Shown: positions 19,701 through 28,814, counted from the first letter of the stretch. The stretch is 64,000 nt of DNA from Bacillota bacterium (GCA_050259635.1 JBLNBA010000004.1:203005-267004), one strand, 5' to 3'. Program-made: numbers and translations. Notes: generated by a model not told the origin, from the letters alone.

Positions 19701-20096
19701 TTATTCCCACTCAATGCTCCGTAAATTATGGATTGGTACCCGGAATTCATAGGGGTTAGGGGTAGACACTCTTGAGAGATTGCGTACCTTGGTAATCGTA
19801 CGGCAATCATAATCCGTCAAAGAGTCGAAGATTTGCCGGTTATTGAAGAAAATGTGGACGAAGTTGTCCTCGATTTCGAGCTGGATATTCTCCCCTTCGA
19901 CGTCAATCTCTTTTTCCTGCCAATACAGGGATTTGAATCCGATCTTTCCCAGCAGATCGCGGCGGCGGAACCTTTCTTCCGGGCTGCGGTAATACAGGGT
20001 AATTTTTTTGATCTGTTTCTTTTCGAAATTTCCAAGCAGGCAATAATCAAATTCTCGATTAAAGTTTTGCCTCTTCCTGGATGCGGTATCATTCAT
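19701..20096 (-). CDS. hypothetical protein (131 aa)
   Basis: The start is set at MNDTAS, which is preceded by AAGGAGG plus 5 nt. A weak hairpin plus T6 lies downstream. No family recognised. Confidence 0.5.
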   Translation of the reverse strand: MNDTASRKRQNFNREFDYCLLGNFEKKQIKKITLYYRSPEERFRRRDLLGKIGFKSLYWQEKEIDVEGENIQLEIEDNFVHIFFNNRQIFDSLTDYDCRTITKVRNLSRVSTPNPYEFRVPIHNLRSIEWE

Positions 20097-20161
20097 GTTT
20101 CCCTCCTTTTTTTGTTGTGAAAATAACACCCTAATTTACAATATAATTAACAAGTTGTCAA

Positions 20162-20947
20162 CTACCGCTTGAATATGAGCTTCCTCGCCCAAAAATCCGC
20201 CAATCCCCCGATCAAGCTCTTAATCGGCCCCAAATCCACGGGGTAATAATAAGAAGAATCCAGCCAGCCTTGCTGACGGAAATGTTCATAATCCCTATTA
20301 TCCTCAGTGCCATATTTATGGGATGTCCTGGTTAGGCGGAACATGAATACTCTAAACGCGCTCGGCCGGACATCCTCTTGTCGCGCCAGGGACTTCTTGA
20401 AGCGCTTGGCTAATGATTCCAGCTTCCTCTTGGCAACGGCCGCTTCTCCTTCTTCCCATTCCTTCCCCGCTTCATAGGCGCCGGAGGCCAAAGTCAAGAC
20501 GGCACCGCGTACATAAGTGCCGCCCCAGAAACCGGCCGTCGTCTTGAAATAGTCATCGATCTTTTTGCCGCCGTATACCCCCTGGGTAATGATGCCGGTA
20601 AAGACTTTCTTAAAGAAACGAGGACGATGGAAAACAAAAGCAAAGCGTTCGAAAAACGTCTTAAAAATATGCGTTACCTGGAGGGCGACATTGGAGCTCG
20701 CAAAGACGATGCCATCCGCGCCATCCAGCTTTGCCAAAAGGCCATCCCTGCCATCATTGGCCTTGGGACACTTTTCCTCTCCTCGCTGCAAGCAGGCAGC
20801 GCAACCGATGCACGAACCCAGATCTAAAGCCCTGAGGTTAATGACTTCACATTCATAATCCGGCCCCAGCATCCCCACTAGGATGCCGATCGCCCTTTTA
20901 GTCTGTCCGGCACGCAGGCTACCGTCTAAGATCAATATTTTCTTCAT
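20162..20947 (-). CDS. iron-sulfur flavoprotein-like NADPH-dependent FMN reductase (flavodoxin-like fold)
   Basis: N-terminal KILILDGSLR, followed by a Cys cluster CIGCAACLQRGEEKC and the IVFASS..A.QVT pattern. Confidence 0.65.
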   Translation of the reverse strand: MKKILILDGSLRAGQTKRAIGILVGMLGPDYECEVINLRALDLGSCIGCAACLQRGEEKCPKANDGRDGLLAKLDGADGIVFASSNVALQVTHIFKTFFERFAFVFHRPRFFKKVFTGIITQGVYGGKKIDDYFKTTAGFWGGTYVRGAVLTLASGAYEAGKEWEEGEAAVAKRKLESLAKRFKKSLARQEDVRPSAFRVFMFRLTRTSHKYGTEDNRDYEHFRQQGWLDSSYYYPVDLGPIKSLIGGLADFWARKLIFKR

Positions 20948-21024
20948 ACATTAAGATGATATCATCCCCGCCGGCACCGTCAAGCAATAAAAAAGGAAGT
21001 CCTCGGAACTTCCTTGAGCAGGAG

Positions 21025-21363
21025 CTAACTTTCGCTTTCGAGACCGAGACGATGAAAATCTTTTAGATAAAGCCTAAGCCCTCGCTGGCTAAATATTTCA
21101 CCGCCTTGTCCCCGGTAGCCGACGTCAATCATCATCTGTATGTGCCGGAAAAAACTCATTAGGCCGGATCCGGAAGTGCCTTGGCTATCCTCATCAGCCA
21201 GTTCCAAAGCCTCGGCCAAATCAAAGACATCGAGGGAGACTAAGACCGAACCTTCCTTGCAAAAGCCATCGGTCGCCTCGATCAGCTCTTGGATCACCCG
21301 ACGATACGGCGGGATTAAGATCAGCTCCAAATTGAATCGTACTTCATTTTCTGCCTTGTCCAT
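21025..21363 (-). CDS. hypothetical protein (112 aa, acidic)
   Basis: ORF with a downstream hairpin terminator (aaggaagt/acttcctt). No motif recognised. Confidence 0.4.
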   Translation of the reverse strand: MDKAENEVRFNLELILIPPYRRVIQELIEATDGFCKEGSVLVSLDVFDLAEALELADEDSQGTSGSGLMSFFRHIQMMIDVGYRGQGGEIFSQRGLRLYLKDFHRLGLESES

Positions 21364-21382
21364 TCTATATATTTAAAATAAC

Positions 21383-21736
21383 TCACAAGGATCGATGCTC
21401 TTCTTTCCTCAGGCTGGAAAATGCCCATTGGATCAAGGCGAGAACAAGACTGAAGAGCAGCGCATTCAAGAAACCGCCCACTCGGAATCCCGGTACCAAT
21501 CCGGAAGCCAGCATTACTATCAGAGCGTTGATAACGAAGGTGAAAAGGCCGAGCGTCAAAATATTGATCGGCAGGGTCAAAAGCAGAAGAAGCGGCTTGA
21601 TTAAGAGGTTAAGCAAGCCTAAGACCACTGCCACCACTAAAGCGGCCCAGAAGCCGGATATCACCACTCCCGGGATTAGATATGCGGCGATCAGGATCGC
21701 AATCGCTGACACTAACCATTGGATAAATAATTTCAT
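21383..21736 (-). CDS. DUF360 / phage-holin-4_2 (YvlD-like) membrane protein
   Basis: 117 aa with four TM helices. The pattern ..LIAAYLIPGV.ISGFWAALVVAVVLGLLN..IKPLL..LTLPI..LTLGLF.FVINAL is characteristic. Confidence 0.7.
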   Translation of the reverse strand: MKLFIQWLVSAIAILIAAYLIPGVVISGFWAALVVAVVLGLLNLLIKPLLLLLTLPINILTLGLFTFVINALIVMLASGLVPGFRVGGFLNALLFSLVLALIQWAFSSLRKEEHRSL

Positions 21737-21793
21737 ATCTTTTTAAATTAGTGCGGATAGTATAGCACATTTTTTCCTTCTTGTTAAGGGTAA

Positions 21794-21818
21794 TAAAAAA
21801 CCGCTGCTTTGGCAGCGG
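21794..21818 (-). terminator. intrinsic terminator
   Basis: ccgctgc-tttg-gcagcgg hairpin, with T7 on the minus strand. Confidence 0.7.
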
Positions 21819-21823
21819 ATCTC

Positions 21824-22761
21824 TTAGTGCGTAAGAGGAAGGTCCAATGTACCGAATTTCCGATTATAATATATTTCCTTATTATGTAATTCGAACATCA
21901 AATATGATTTAACACCAGACTTCATTTTGAAAGTATCTCGTAAAGTACCGATCTCGAAGGAGTATATGCCATCAGGCAATTGAAGTGTATTAATGTAGCC
22001 GGCACTAATAAATGCCTGTCTTTTACCTTTGGAATCATATATTATCACTGGCTGTTTCGTATCGTTGCCGAAACGGATAGTACCAAGAGTCTTCACTTTA
22101 GTCCCGAAGACTATCGAGTCCTCCTTTTGGATACGAATGATTTTTACCTGCTCACCTTTCTGAGCTATATGATAATATCCAGCCTTTAGCTCTACATCTC
22201 GGATACGTTCCGCTGGAACGACAAATAATCTCTTTCCCTCGGGATCGAAAACAGCGTACTCCTCCCTGCTGTCATTCTGGAATGAAACCAAGAACTTTGG
22301 TTCTGATATTGGAGTGGGATTCACATAAACAGTCTCAGGAACGACAGACGTTGCCTCAGCTATCTTAGGGGGTGCGATTTCCTCCTTGGCCCGATCCTTC
22401 TTTGCTCGCTCCGGTTGGGATATTATATCCATTGTCTGAACAACTGGATTGGGATGGAGCACAGGAGGGTTTTCTGCCTGGGAAATTGCGGGCGGGCTTT
22501 CCGCCGCTTCACTCATCTTAAACTTCCCTTTGCTTTTGAGAACGTCTTCTTTAGTGACAGGCAAGAGGCTATCCCCGGTGACCGGGTCGAAACCCGGTTC
22601 TGAGTAAAATTTATACTCGCCATCGACACCATTGAAAAGTACTTCATCGCTTCTCCCGTACGAGGATTGAAATATACCTCTTTCCCTCCGTAAAATGAAA
22701 GGGCAAAGAAAGCGAAAAGGGCTACTATTGATAGGCCTATTAATTTAGCGAGATTCTTCAT
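21824..22761 (-). pseudogene. frame-disrupted third member (P3) of the double-DPxTG membrane protein family
   Basis: Track ORF 22513-22761 encodes TM + VYFNPRTGEAMKYFS. A different frame continues from about 22634 with NGVDGEYKFYSEPGFDPVTGDSLLPVTKEDVLKSKGKF, running into ORF 21824-22564. A single missing nucleotide next to a T4 run restores a protein colinear with P1 and P2. Confidence 0.6.
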
Positions 22762-22800
22762 GATCTATTTCCTTTCTGTTATTAAAGTTCGATTTCCTCA

Positions 22801-22829
22801 AGCCTAGTATTTTATTGGAAAATTGTCAA
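22801..22829 (-). promoter_or_regulatory. promoter TTGACA-N17-TAGGCT for P3
   Basis: Hexamers read directly. The architecture is the same as at P1 and P2. Confidence 0.45.
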
Positions 22830-22830
22830 T

Positions 22831-22855
22831 AAAAAAGCCCGACAGCAATCGGGCT
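22831..22855 (-). terminator. intrinsic terminator after the lipoprotein gene
   Basis: agcccg/cgggct hairpin, with T6 on the minus strand. Confidence 0.6.
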
Positions 22856-22859
22856 AATA

Positions 22860-23117
22860 TTATCGGCTTTCAATGATTATAAAACTCTCATTGAGCGATA
22901 ACAGGTTTTTCTCTTCCGAGAAAGTATAGGTTTCCGGCTTTTCACTCGGGCGCATATCTCTTATGAGATAAAACAATTTCCCATTTTTCCAACTGACATC
23001 CTCCAGTTTCTTTCCAGGAGGCAGACGGACGGTCTCCGTGGAGCTGAAAAAGTCATCCAATCGCTTGCACGAAAGCAGGGCGGGAATTAAAAGGACAAAA
23101 ATAAGACACTTCTTCAT
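22860..23117 (-). CDS. small lipoprotein (85 aa)
   Basis: Signal peptide with a lipobox (LLSC). Confidence 0.6.
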   Translation of the reverse strand: MKKCLIFVLLIPALLSCKRLDDFFSSTETVRLPPGKKLEDVSWKNGKLFYLIRDMRPSEKPETYTFSEEKNLLSLNESFIIIESR

Positions 23118-23168
23118 GTTGCTGGTTTTCCTCCATTATAGCTCCCCCGCCGAAGGTGTCAAAGCTGT

Positions 23169-23831
23169 TTACATCGGCCTCTTATTCCCTATTTCCTTTT
23201 CTACCGATTCCAGGATCCGGCTAGCGTAATCCTTGCCTCCGAGCCCGAAAGCCAAGCCGCCGGCCAAACTCCACATCAGGACAAAACCCATAAATAAGAT
23301 CTGGATCAAACTGGGAGCGACCCCCAGCTGGACCAGCGCCGCCATACCGGCAAAGACCAAAACCGCCCACTTGGCCGCTCCTGCCAGCAAAGCCGACGCT
23401 CGTTCCGTCATTGTCATTTTAGAAAGCGAGCTTTTAACCGCGTCCTGCAGGAACTTCCCTACCATGAGACCCACCGCGACGATAATGAAGGCGACGATGA
23501 CATTAGGCAGATAGAAAACGAGACGTTCTAGGAAAAGCGTCAGCTGAGGGATTTTAAGGATATCGACGACCGCTATCAAGGTGGCGATATAAATGAACCA
23601 TTTCACCATCCAACCGATAATGATAGCGAAGTCGAGATGGAAGCCAAGGTTTTCGACTTCTTTCCTCAGGCCTATCCGTTCGGAAAGCGAATCGATGCGC
23701 GTCATTTCTATAATCTTGCGCACTAGTTTCCCGAGGAGCGACCCGATTAATAGCCCGACGATGAGGACGATCAAAGCGGCAAGGAGCGCGGGCAGAAAAC
23801 CGGCGATGTTTTGCCAGAAGCTTTGAAACAT
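23169..23831 (-). CDS. conserved TM-helix repeat protein (small mechanosensitive-channel-related family)
   Basis: 220 aa with repeated TM hairpins. The N-terminus F...I..FLP.LL.A..IL..G.LI......V resembles the TM_helix repeat family. Confidence 0.55.
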   Translation of the reverse strand: MFQSFWQNIAGFLPALLAALIVLIVGLLIGSLLGKLVRKIIEMTRIDSLSERIGLRKEVENLGFHLDFAIIIGWMVKWFIYIATLIAVVDILKIPQLTLFLERLVFYLPNVIVAFIIVAVGLMVGKFLQDAVKSSLSKMTMTERASALLAGAAKWAVLVFAGMAALVQLGVAPSLIQILFMGFVLMWSLAGGLAFGLGGKDYASRILESVEKEIGNKRPM

Positions 23832-23978
23832 ATTATTGAAGTTAATTATAAGTAACGAGATGATTATAAATCAGGGCATATATTATATGATAAAAAAGGG
23901 TAAAAGTCAATCATGTCTCGATCTTACAAAACAAAAAAGGCTTGCCCCAGTACAAGCCTTTACACTATCATTTTTGCC

Positions 23979-24398
23979 TTATTGCGCTATTGGCTCCTCA
24001 ATAATCTTCCTTTCTTCTTCCGGAATCCGATCTTCCGGATCAACGACAAAGCTCTCAACCGATATCACCCCGTCTTGGACGCTGAAGACAATGTCCGCCT
24101 CGAGGGCGATATGTCCGTCTTCATAAGAAACGCGAGCATTCCGATCCCCTATCCACGTTACCTCGGTCACATAGAAGGTCCCGCCCAAGACCGGCTTCTC
24201 GGGCGATAATGCGTTTATATTCTCCCGCAGATAGGTCTCATAATCCGCCTTTCTAATTTGGGCGGCACCTTCGTTAGCAACCGGCGATTGCTTATCCGTC
24301 TGAGCCGGGTTTTGGCGCGCTTCAAAAATCGCATAGCCCGCAGCTGCTAGAATCGTGAGGGAAAGGATGGTGGTAAAAATCTTAGTTTTTGGTTCCAT
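23979..24398 (-). CDS. hypothetical membrane-anchored protein (139 aa from MEPKTKIF)
   Basis: Single N-terminal TM segment with a hairpin terminator downstream. The upstream 32 codons overlap the preceding gene and were trimmed. Confidence 0.5.
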   Translation of the reverse strand: MEPKTKIFTTILSLTILAAAGYAIFEARQNPAQTDKQSPVANEGAAQIRKADYETYLRENINALSPEKPVLGGTFYVTEVTWIGDRNARVSYEDGHIALEADIVFSVQDGVISVESFVVDPEDRIPEEERKIIEEPIAQ

Positions 24399-24402
24399 AT
24401 GG

Positions 24403-24684
24403 TTATTGCTTATCGAAACAAATGACTTGGATTCCTTTTTCCCTGATTTCACCCTCGTTCCACCATAGATCCTGAGGTTGGAAACGCCGTACATAATTTA
24501 CTTTCCTTTCCACCCTCCTGCCTGTGGGCTGGCGGGTAGCGGGATCGGCCGAAGTATACTCCTCTAAAATAAGGGTGTCTCCCGGCTCGATTTCAAAATC
24601 ATTCAGACGCAAATCGAAATTCTTTTGACCCGATAAGATATCATCCAGGAAGCCAGGTACGACTTTCTTCACGATTACTGCCAT
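24403..24684 (-). CDS. ASCH/DUF3850-like (PUA-fold) small protein
   Basis: F.D.ILSGQKNFDLRLNDFEIEPGDTLILEEY matches the DUF3850/ASCH N-terminal pattern. Confidence 0.55.
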   Translation of the reverse strand: MAVIVKKVVPGFLDDILSGQKNFDLRLNDFEIEPGDTLILEEYTSADPATRQPTGRRVERKVNYVRRFQPQDLWWNEGEIREKGIQVICFDKQ

Positions 24685-24688
24685 ATTA

Positions 24689-25522
24689 TTATTGGCGGCT
24701 CTTCTCCGGCGGCAATAAAGCCGCTATTGCTTCGCAAAGAGTATCCGCATTCTGCCTTAAGGCGGCCACTGATTCTGAAAACCAGGCGATTTCTTCCTCA
24801 GAAACCGGCTTCCCTTCTCGTCTTTTCCGGATTACATCCTCGATGGGCGTGACGTCAACCTCGGTAAGCTTTAGCGCCTCACCGATATGGTAGATAGCCG
24901 TGGGTCTCTCTAATAAATTCTTAACGGTCTGGACGGCGCCTTCCATTACCGATTCCCCCTTTACCTCCAGAGCGGTAGGCAGGATAGCGGCCCCTGTCTT
25001 AGCGGCAAGATAGACCGCTCCCAAACCGGGCCGGCGCATCTTTCCATCCAAGGCAAAAGGGTGAGCGGCAATCCAAGGGGTTTTCCCATCCGCAATCTTT
25101 CCTGCCAATTGCTCGAAGTTATCGGGGTTGAAACTGCCATGTTTTCCCTCTTTATCTTCTACGTAATCCAAGGGCGTGAAATTATCCTTGCCGGCGAGCG
25201 AGATCATGAGACGGTGAGCCAGATATTTCATTTTTTCCAATAACACGGATTCCCCGGAAAGCTGGATATCGAATTCCCTCCCCAAGGCCTTCAAAGCTGC
25301 GGGAACATCAAGATTATGGAGATGGGAGGAGGAGATAATAAAGGGCGTATCGGGATAAGACTCTTTAGCCTCCTTTACGTGTTCCAGGCCCTCGCACGAA
25401 AACGACTTACAGAATATATCTACCACCTTCTCGCCATACTTCACCAGGTGAGACGGCGTCTGGCGCTCAATATCCTCCTCCTCAATTTCCTTGGTTTGCG
25501 GGCTAAAAGTTTCAAAATTCAT
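24689..25522 (-). CDS. putative PlsC-like acyltransferase (divergent)
   Basis: HX4D motif in SSHLHNLD and an ILPTALEV-type motif. The other acyltransferase blocks are weak. Confidence 0.4.
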   Translation of the reverse strand: MNFETFSPQTKEIEEEDIERQTPSHLVKYGEKVVDIFCKSFSCEGLEHVKEAKESYPDTPFIISSSHLHNLDVPAALKALGREFDIQLSGESVLLEKMKYLAHRLMISLAGKDNFTPLDYVEDKEGKHGSFNPDNFEQLAGKIADGKTPWIAAHPFALDGKMRRPGLGAVYLAAKTGAAILPTALEVKGESVMEGAVQTVKNLLERPTAIYHIGEALKLTEVDVTPIEDVIRKRREGKPVSEEEIAWFSESVAALRQNADTLCEAIAALLPPEKSRQ

Positions 25523-25566
25523 ATTATTTATTAAACATATATTTATTATATCACCCCTAAAGGCAA

Positions 25567-25594
25567 TAAAAAAGGCCGGATTGTTATTCCGGCC
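25567..25594 (-). terminator. intrinsic terminator
   Basis: ggccgga/tccggcc hairpin, with T7 on the minus strand. Confidence 0.7.
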
Positions 25595-25600
25595 TGCACA

Positions 25601-27067
25601 TTATGCTTTTTCTTTCACTCCATTCATCGCTAACGTAAGCGTTTCCCAGTTGTCCTTCGGTTTCCAGCAAACGGCTCCTGCTTTGACAAGGCCTGCCACT
25701 TCCGGATCTTCCTGTTTATACTGAGCAGTGGGAATATACCCGGCCGAAAAGACAGGAACGTCTCCACCGATCCAGACACTCATGCCTGATCGGTTAAAAG
25801 CGCAAACGATCGTATCGAGCACTCCTCCCTTTTCCTCGATCAGCTGCTTGAGCTTTTCCGTCGTGGAGAAATTATTGCAGACATCTTCGACGATCGCCAC
25901 CCTGTCTCCGGGCTTTATAATATGGCGATCAATCACCAGCTTGCTTTCTTCTTTACGGCCCTCAGAAGCTAAGGAAATAACCCGTTTTTCTGCAAAGATA
26001 GAGCGCAAACCGCTAACCGATCCCAATATGGTAGCGAGCTTTATCCCTCCCATCGGCGCCCCCAAAAGGACATCTACATTGGCAAGGTAAGGGGTCAGCT
26101 GTTCGGCAAAATACTGCAAGGCTTTCGGATCCTGTTCGGCTTGGGCGAAATTGAAATACTCCTTGCCCACATAATTCCTCTTTTCGCCGTTATAGTCATA
26201 TGTCCCTGCATAGGCGACCAGCGGTCCCTCCTCCGGCATCCGGTAATAACCACCACATTGCTTGAGGACAGATAGAGGATCGGAAACATCCCAAACCTTA
26301 TTGAGCTCCTGGATGGTCAGGCGGCGGCTTTCTTCGGGGCTAGTCCCATCCTTGAGATTTCCCTTAGTGAGCTGCGCTCCCATGACCACCAGATCGGCAC
26401 CGTCGCTGATCGCTTGATAAACGCCGGTAGTCCTCCTTTGATGATCGTTAGGATTTAGCATCCACTCATCTCTGATTCCGGGAACGATAAATTTTACCCC
26501 TGGGAGATTGGCTTTCAAGAATTTCAGCTCCAAAGGCGAACAAACGATGTAATCGAAAGCCGTATCCGCATCGAGAGTCTGGCGTTTCCCTTCATAAAGG
26601 CTCTGCATATTTGTGTATTCGACCAGAATCTTATGGGCCGGAAACATTCCGTGACGCTGGCGGCATTCCTCTATCGCCATATCGGTCGGGACGGCAAACA
26701 TGGCCAGCTCGATGCCCGGGAACTCCCGACGGAGCTTGAGCAGAGTCTCGATGCTGCAGGCAGAGTTCACGGTCAGTATGAAAGGAGCGGCCGACTCATA
26801 TTTACGAATAGTATTGATTACCGTGGCAGACACGTCGCCAATCTTCAAATCCAGGAAGATCCCGGCATCCAAATTGGCGTTCTCCAATATTTCCTTGATG
26901 TTAATGGCGACCTGAGGTCCGCCAAACATGAGATCATGGACGGCATCATTTACCTTGACATAAGCAAGGAGATCTTTGAATTGCGGGTCTGTCATCAACA
27001 AAGCCAAGTACTGGGTAAGATGGTTTGCGGAAATAAAGCCGTCTAGGGGAAGAATGATTTTTTTCAT
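25601..27067 (-). CDS. fusion protein: OMP decarboxylase-like (PyrF) N-domain + type I phosphoribosyltransferase (PyrE-like) C-domain
   Basis: The N-domain has FLDLKIGDVSATV (the DxKxxD region) and VPGIR. The C-domain has the PRPP loop RVAIVEDVCNNFSTT. The start is taken at the ATG (MKKIIL) rather than the upstream GTG. Confidence 0.7.
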   Translation of the reverse strand: MKKIILPLDGFISANHLTQYLALLMTDPQFKDLLAYVKVNDAVHDLMFGGPQVAINIKEILENANLDAGIFLDLKIGDVSATVINTIRKYESAAPFILTVNSACSIETLLKLRREFPGIELAMFAVPTDMAIEECRQRHGMFPAHKILVEYTNMQSLYEGKRQTLDADTAFDYIVCSPLELKFLKANLPGVKFIVPGIRDEWMLNPNDHQRRTTGVYQAISDGADLVVMGAQLTKGNLKDGTSPEESRRLTIQELNKVWDVSDPLSVLKQCGGYYRMPEEGPLVAYAGTYDYNGEKRNYVGKEYFNFAQAEQDPKALQYFAEQLTPYLANVDVLLGAPMGGIKLATILGSVSGLRSIFAEKRVISLASEGRKEESKLVIDRHIIKPGDRVAIVEDVCNNFSTTEKLKQLIEEKGGVLDTIVCAFNRSGMSVWIGGDVPVFSAGYIPTAQYKQEDPEVAGLVKAGAVCWKPKDNWETLTLAMNGVKEKA

Positions 27068-27114
27068 CTTGTTCACTTTTTGGTTAATACTTATTTAATT
27101 GTAAAGAATATCCT

Positions 27115-27143
27115 AAATTATCAATAAATAGCCGCTTTGTCAA
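27115..27143 (-). promoter_or_regulatory. promoter TTGACA-N17-TAATTT
   Basis: Hexamers read directly, immediately after the purA terminator. Confidence 0.5.
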
Positions 27144-27144
27144 A

Positions 27145-27172
27145 TAAAAAAGCCGGAGGTTAAATTCCGGCT
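27145..27172 (-). terminator. intrinsic terminator after purA
   Basis: agccgga/tccggct hairpin, with T6 on the minus strand. Confidence 0.7.
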
Positions 27173-27182
27173 TTACCTTGTT

Positions 27183-28685
27183 CTAAATGAATATGGTTTC
27201 CTCAGGTCTCGGACCGACTGATAATATTCGGGGACGGATGTCCGTCTCGCAAACTACATACTCCAATATCTTTTTCAGATTTTGGGGCAAACTGTCAAAA
27301 TTACGGCAGCCGCGTATATCCTCTTTCCAGCCCGGAAAGACTTCATATACCGGCTCGCATGCCTCAAGAACTAAGGCATCGGGAATAGCTTCATAGAGTT
27401 CATCTCCCTCACGGATTTTATCTCCGTCATGAATTTTTTCTCCGGCATAAGCAAAATCGGGTCCATGATAGATATAATGATGGCAAATCTTAATTTCTTC
27501 GCAGGTACTGAGAACATCAAGCTTGGTTAGGATTATATCCTCGGAGTTAAATTTACGCACATAACGCAAAAGCGGTAGATCCAGCCAGCCAACCCGGCGC
27601 AATCTTCCTGTGGTGGCACCGTATTCGCCTCCGGCCTGCCGCAAGGCGATACCTGCGATAAATTCGTCCTCATCTCCGACCGATGCTCCGGCATATAACA
27701 TATCTTCCTTTGCTTTGTTGGCATGCCCGCCATTGCACCATTCATCGGATTTCTTTCCTCCCCTTTCTGTAGGGAAAGGACCGCAACCGACTCTTGTCAT
27801 ATAGAATCCTTTGATAATACCGAGCGAAAGGTCAATCTGGCTTTCATTAAGCCCTACTCCTCTGGCCAGGCCGCCCGCTGTACAGTCCGAAGACGTGACA
27901 TAAGGATAGGTCCCATAATCTACGCTCAAAAGATCTCCTTGGGCTCCTTCCAGAAGGATATTTAAATTCCCCACGGCTGTCCTTAAAAGATCGTCCGTAT
28001 CGGCAACATACCGCCCGATAAGTCTCCCGTACTCCATATAAGCTTCAGTTATAGCCTCGGCATCAAACTTCCCATTTTTAAGAAAACGGTTGAGCTCGAA
28101 GTCTTTAGCGGCAATCTGGTTTATTAGCTCGCTATCAAAGGCTCGTAAAATCCGTGTCTTATATTCCAGGTGACGGATAATCTTTTTTTGGAAGAAGTCA
28201 CGGTTTAAAAGGTCGTTTACCGTTAATCCCTGCCTGTCGGCGTGGTCGGCATAGACCGGTCCTATTCCTTTACCGGTACTGCCGATCTTTCCGCCGTTAG
28301 CCACCGCTTCTCTCAGCTTGTCCAACAAGCCATGGGTGGGCAGGATAAGTTTGGCATTATAAGCGACAGAAAGCCGGTTGTGGCTCAAATGAGCTAGATC
28401 CAAGGTTTCTATCTCCTTTAAGAAAGAACGGGGATTGAAAGCGACCCCGCTGCCGATGACATTATGCTTCCCTTTCGAATCGTTAAAGATTCCCGAGGGG
28501 ATGAGATGCATGATTAATGTTTTTTCTCCGGCACAGATGGTGTGCCCGGCATTATCTCCTCCCACTCCGCGAGCAATTATATCTGCCCAATCGGCAAAGA
28601 GATCGACAAATTTGCCTTTTCCAGTGTCTCCCCATTGCCTACAGGTAATGGCAATTGTTTTGCAATTTTCTGTTAGTTTTCTCAT
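27183..28685 (-). CDS. purA: adenylosuccinate synthetase (long form, 500 aa)
   Basis: QWGDTGKGKFVD, GGDNAGHT and GATTGRLRRVGWLD motifs are present. It carries insertions relative to the roughly 430-aa canonical enzyme. Confidence 0.9.
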   Translation of the reverse strand: MRKLTENCKTIAITCRQWGDTGKGKFVDLFADWADIIARGVGGDNAGHTICAGEKTLIMHLIPSGIFNDSKGKHNVIGSGVAFNPRSFLKEIETLDLAHLSHNRLSVAYNAKLILPTHGLLDKLREAVANGGKIGSTGKGIGPVYADHADRQGLTVNDLLNRDFFQKKIIRHLEYKTRILRAFDSELINQIAAKDFELNRFLKNGKFDAEAITEAYMEYGRLIGRYVADTDDLLRTAVGNLNILLEGAQGDLLSVDYGTYPYVTSSDCTAGGLARGVGLNESQIDLSLGIIKGFYMTRVGCGPFPTERGGKKSDEWCNGGHANKAKEDMLYAGASVGDEDEFIAGIALRQAGGEYGATTGRLRRVGWLDLPLLRYVRKFNSEDIILTKLDVLSTCEEIKICHHYIYHGPDFAYAGEKIHDGDKIREGDELYEAIPDALVLEACEPVYEVFPGWKEDIRGCRNFDSLPQNLKKILEYVVCETDIRPRILSVGPRPEETIFI

Positions 28686-28721
28686 TATGTAAGGGTTTTT
28701 AGATTGTTAAGGTAATAGGTA

Positions 28722-28750
28722 AATTTAGCAATGTTCAGTGAAAAAGTCAA
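28722..28750 (-). promoter_or_regulatory. promoter TTGACT-N17-TAAATT for purA
   Basis: Hexamers read directly. Confidence 0.45.
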
Positions 28751-28766
28751 AGACAATCCAGTACTA

Positions 28767-28795
28767 TTGACATATCTATCTTTGTATGTTAATGT
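28767..28795 (+). promoter_or_regulatory. promoter TTGACA-N17-TAATGT for the HNH gene
   Basis: Hexamers read directly. Confidence 0.45.
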
Positions 28796-28814
28796 GCACC
28801 GTTAATTTAATTAT

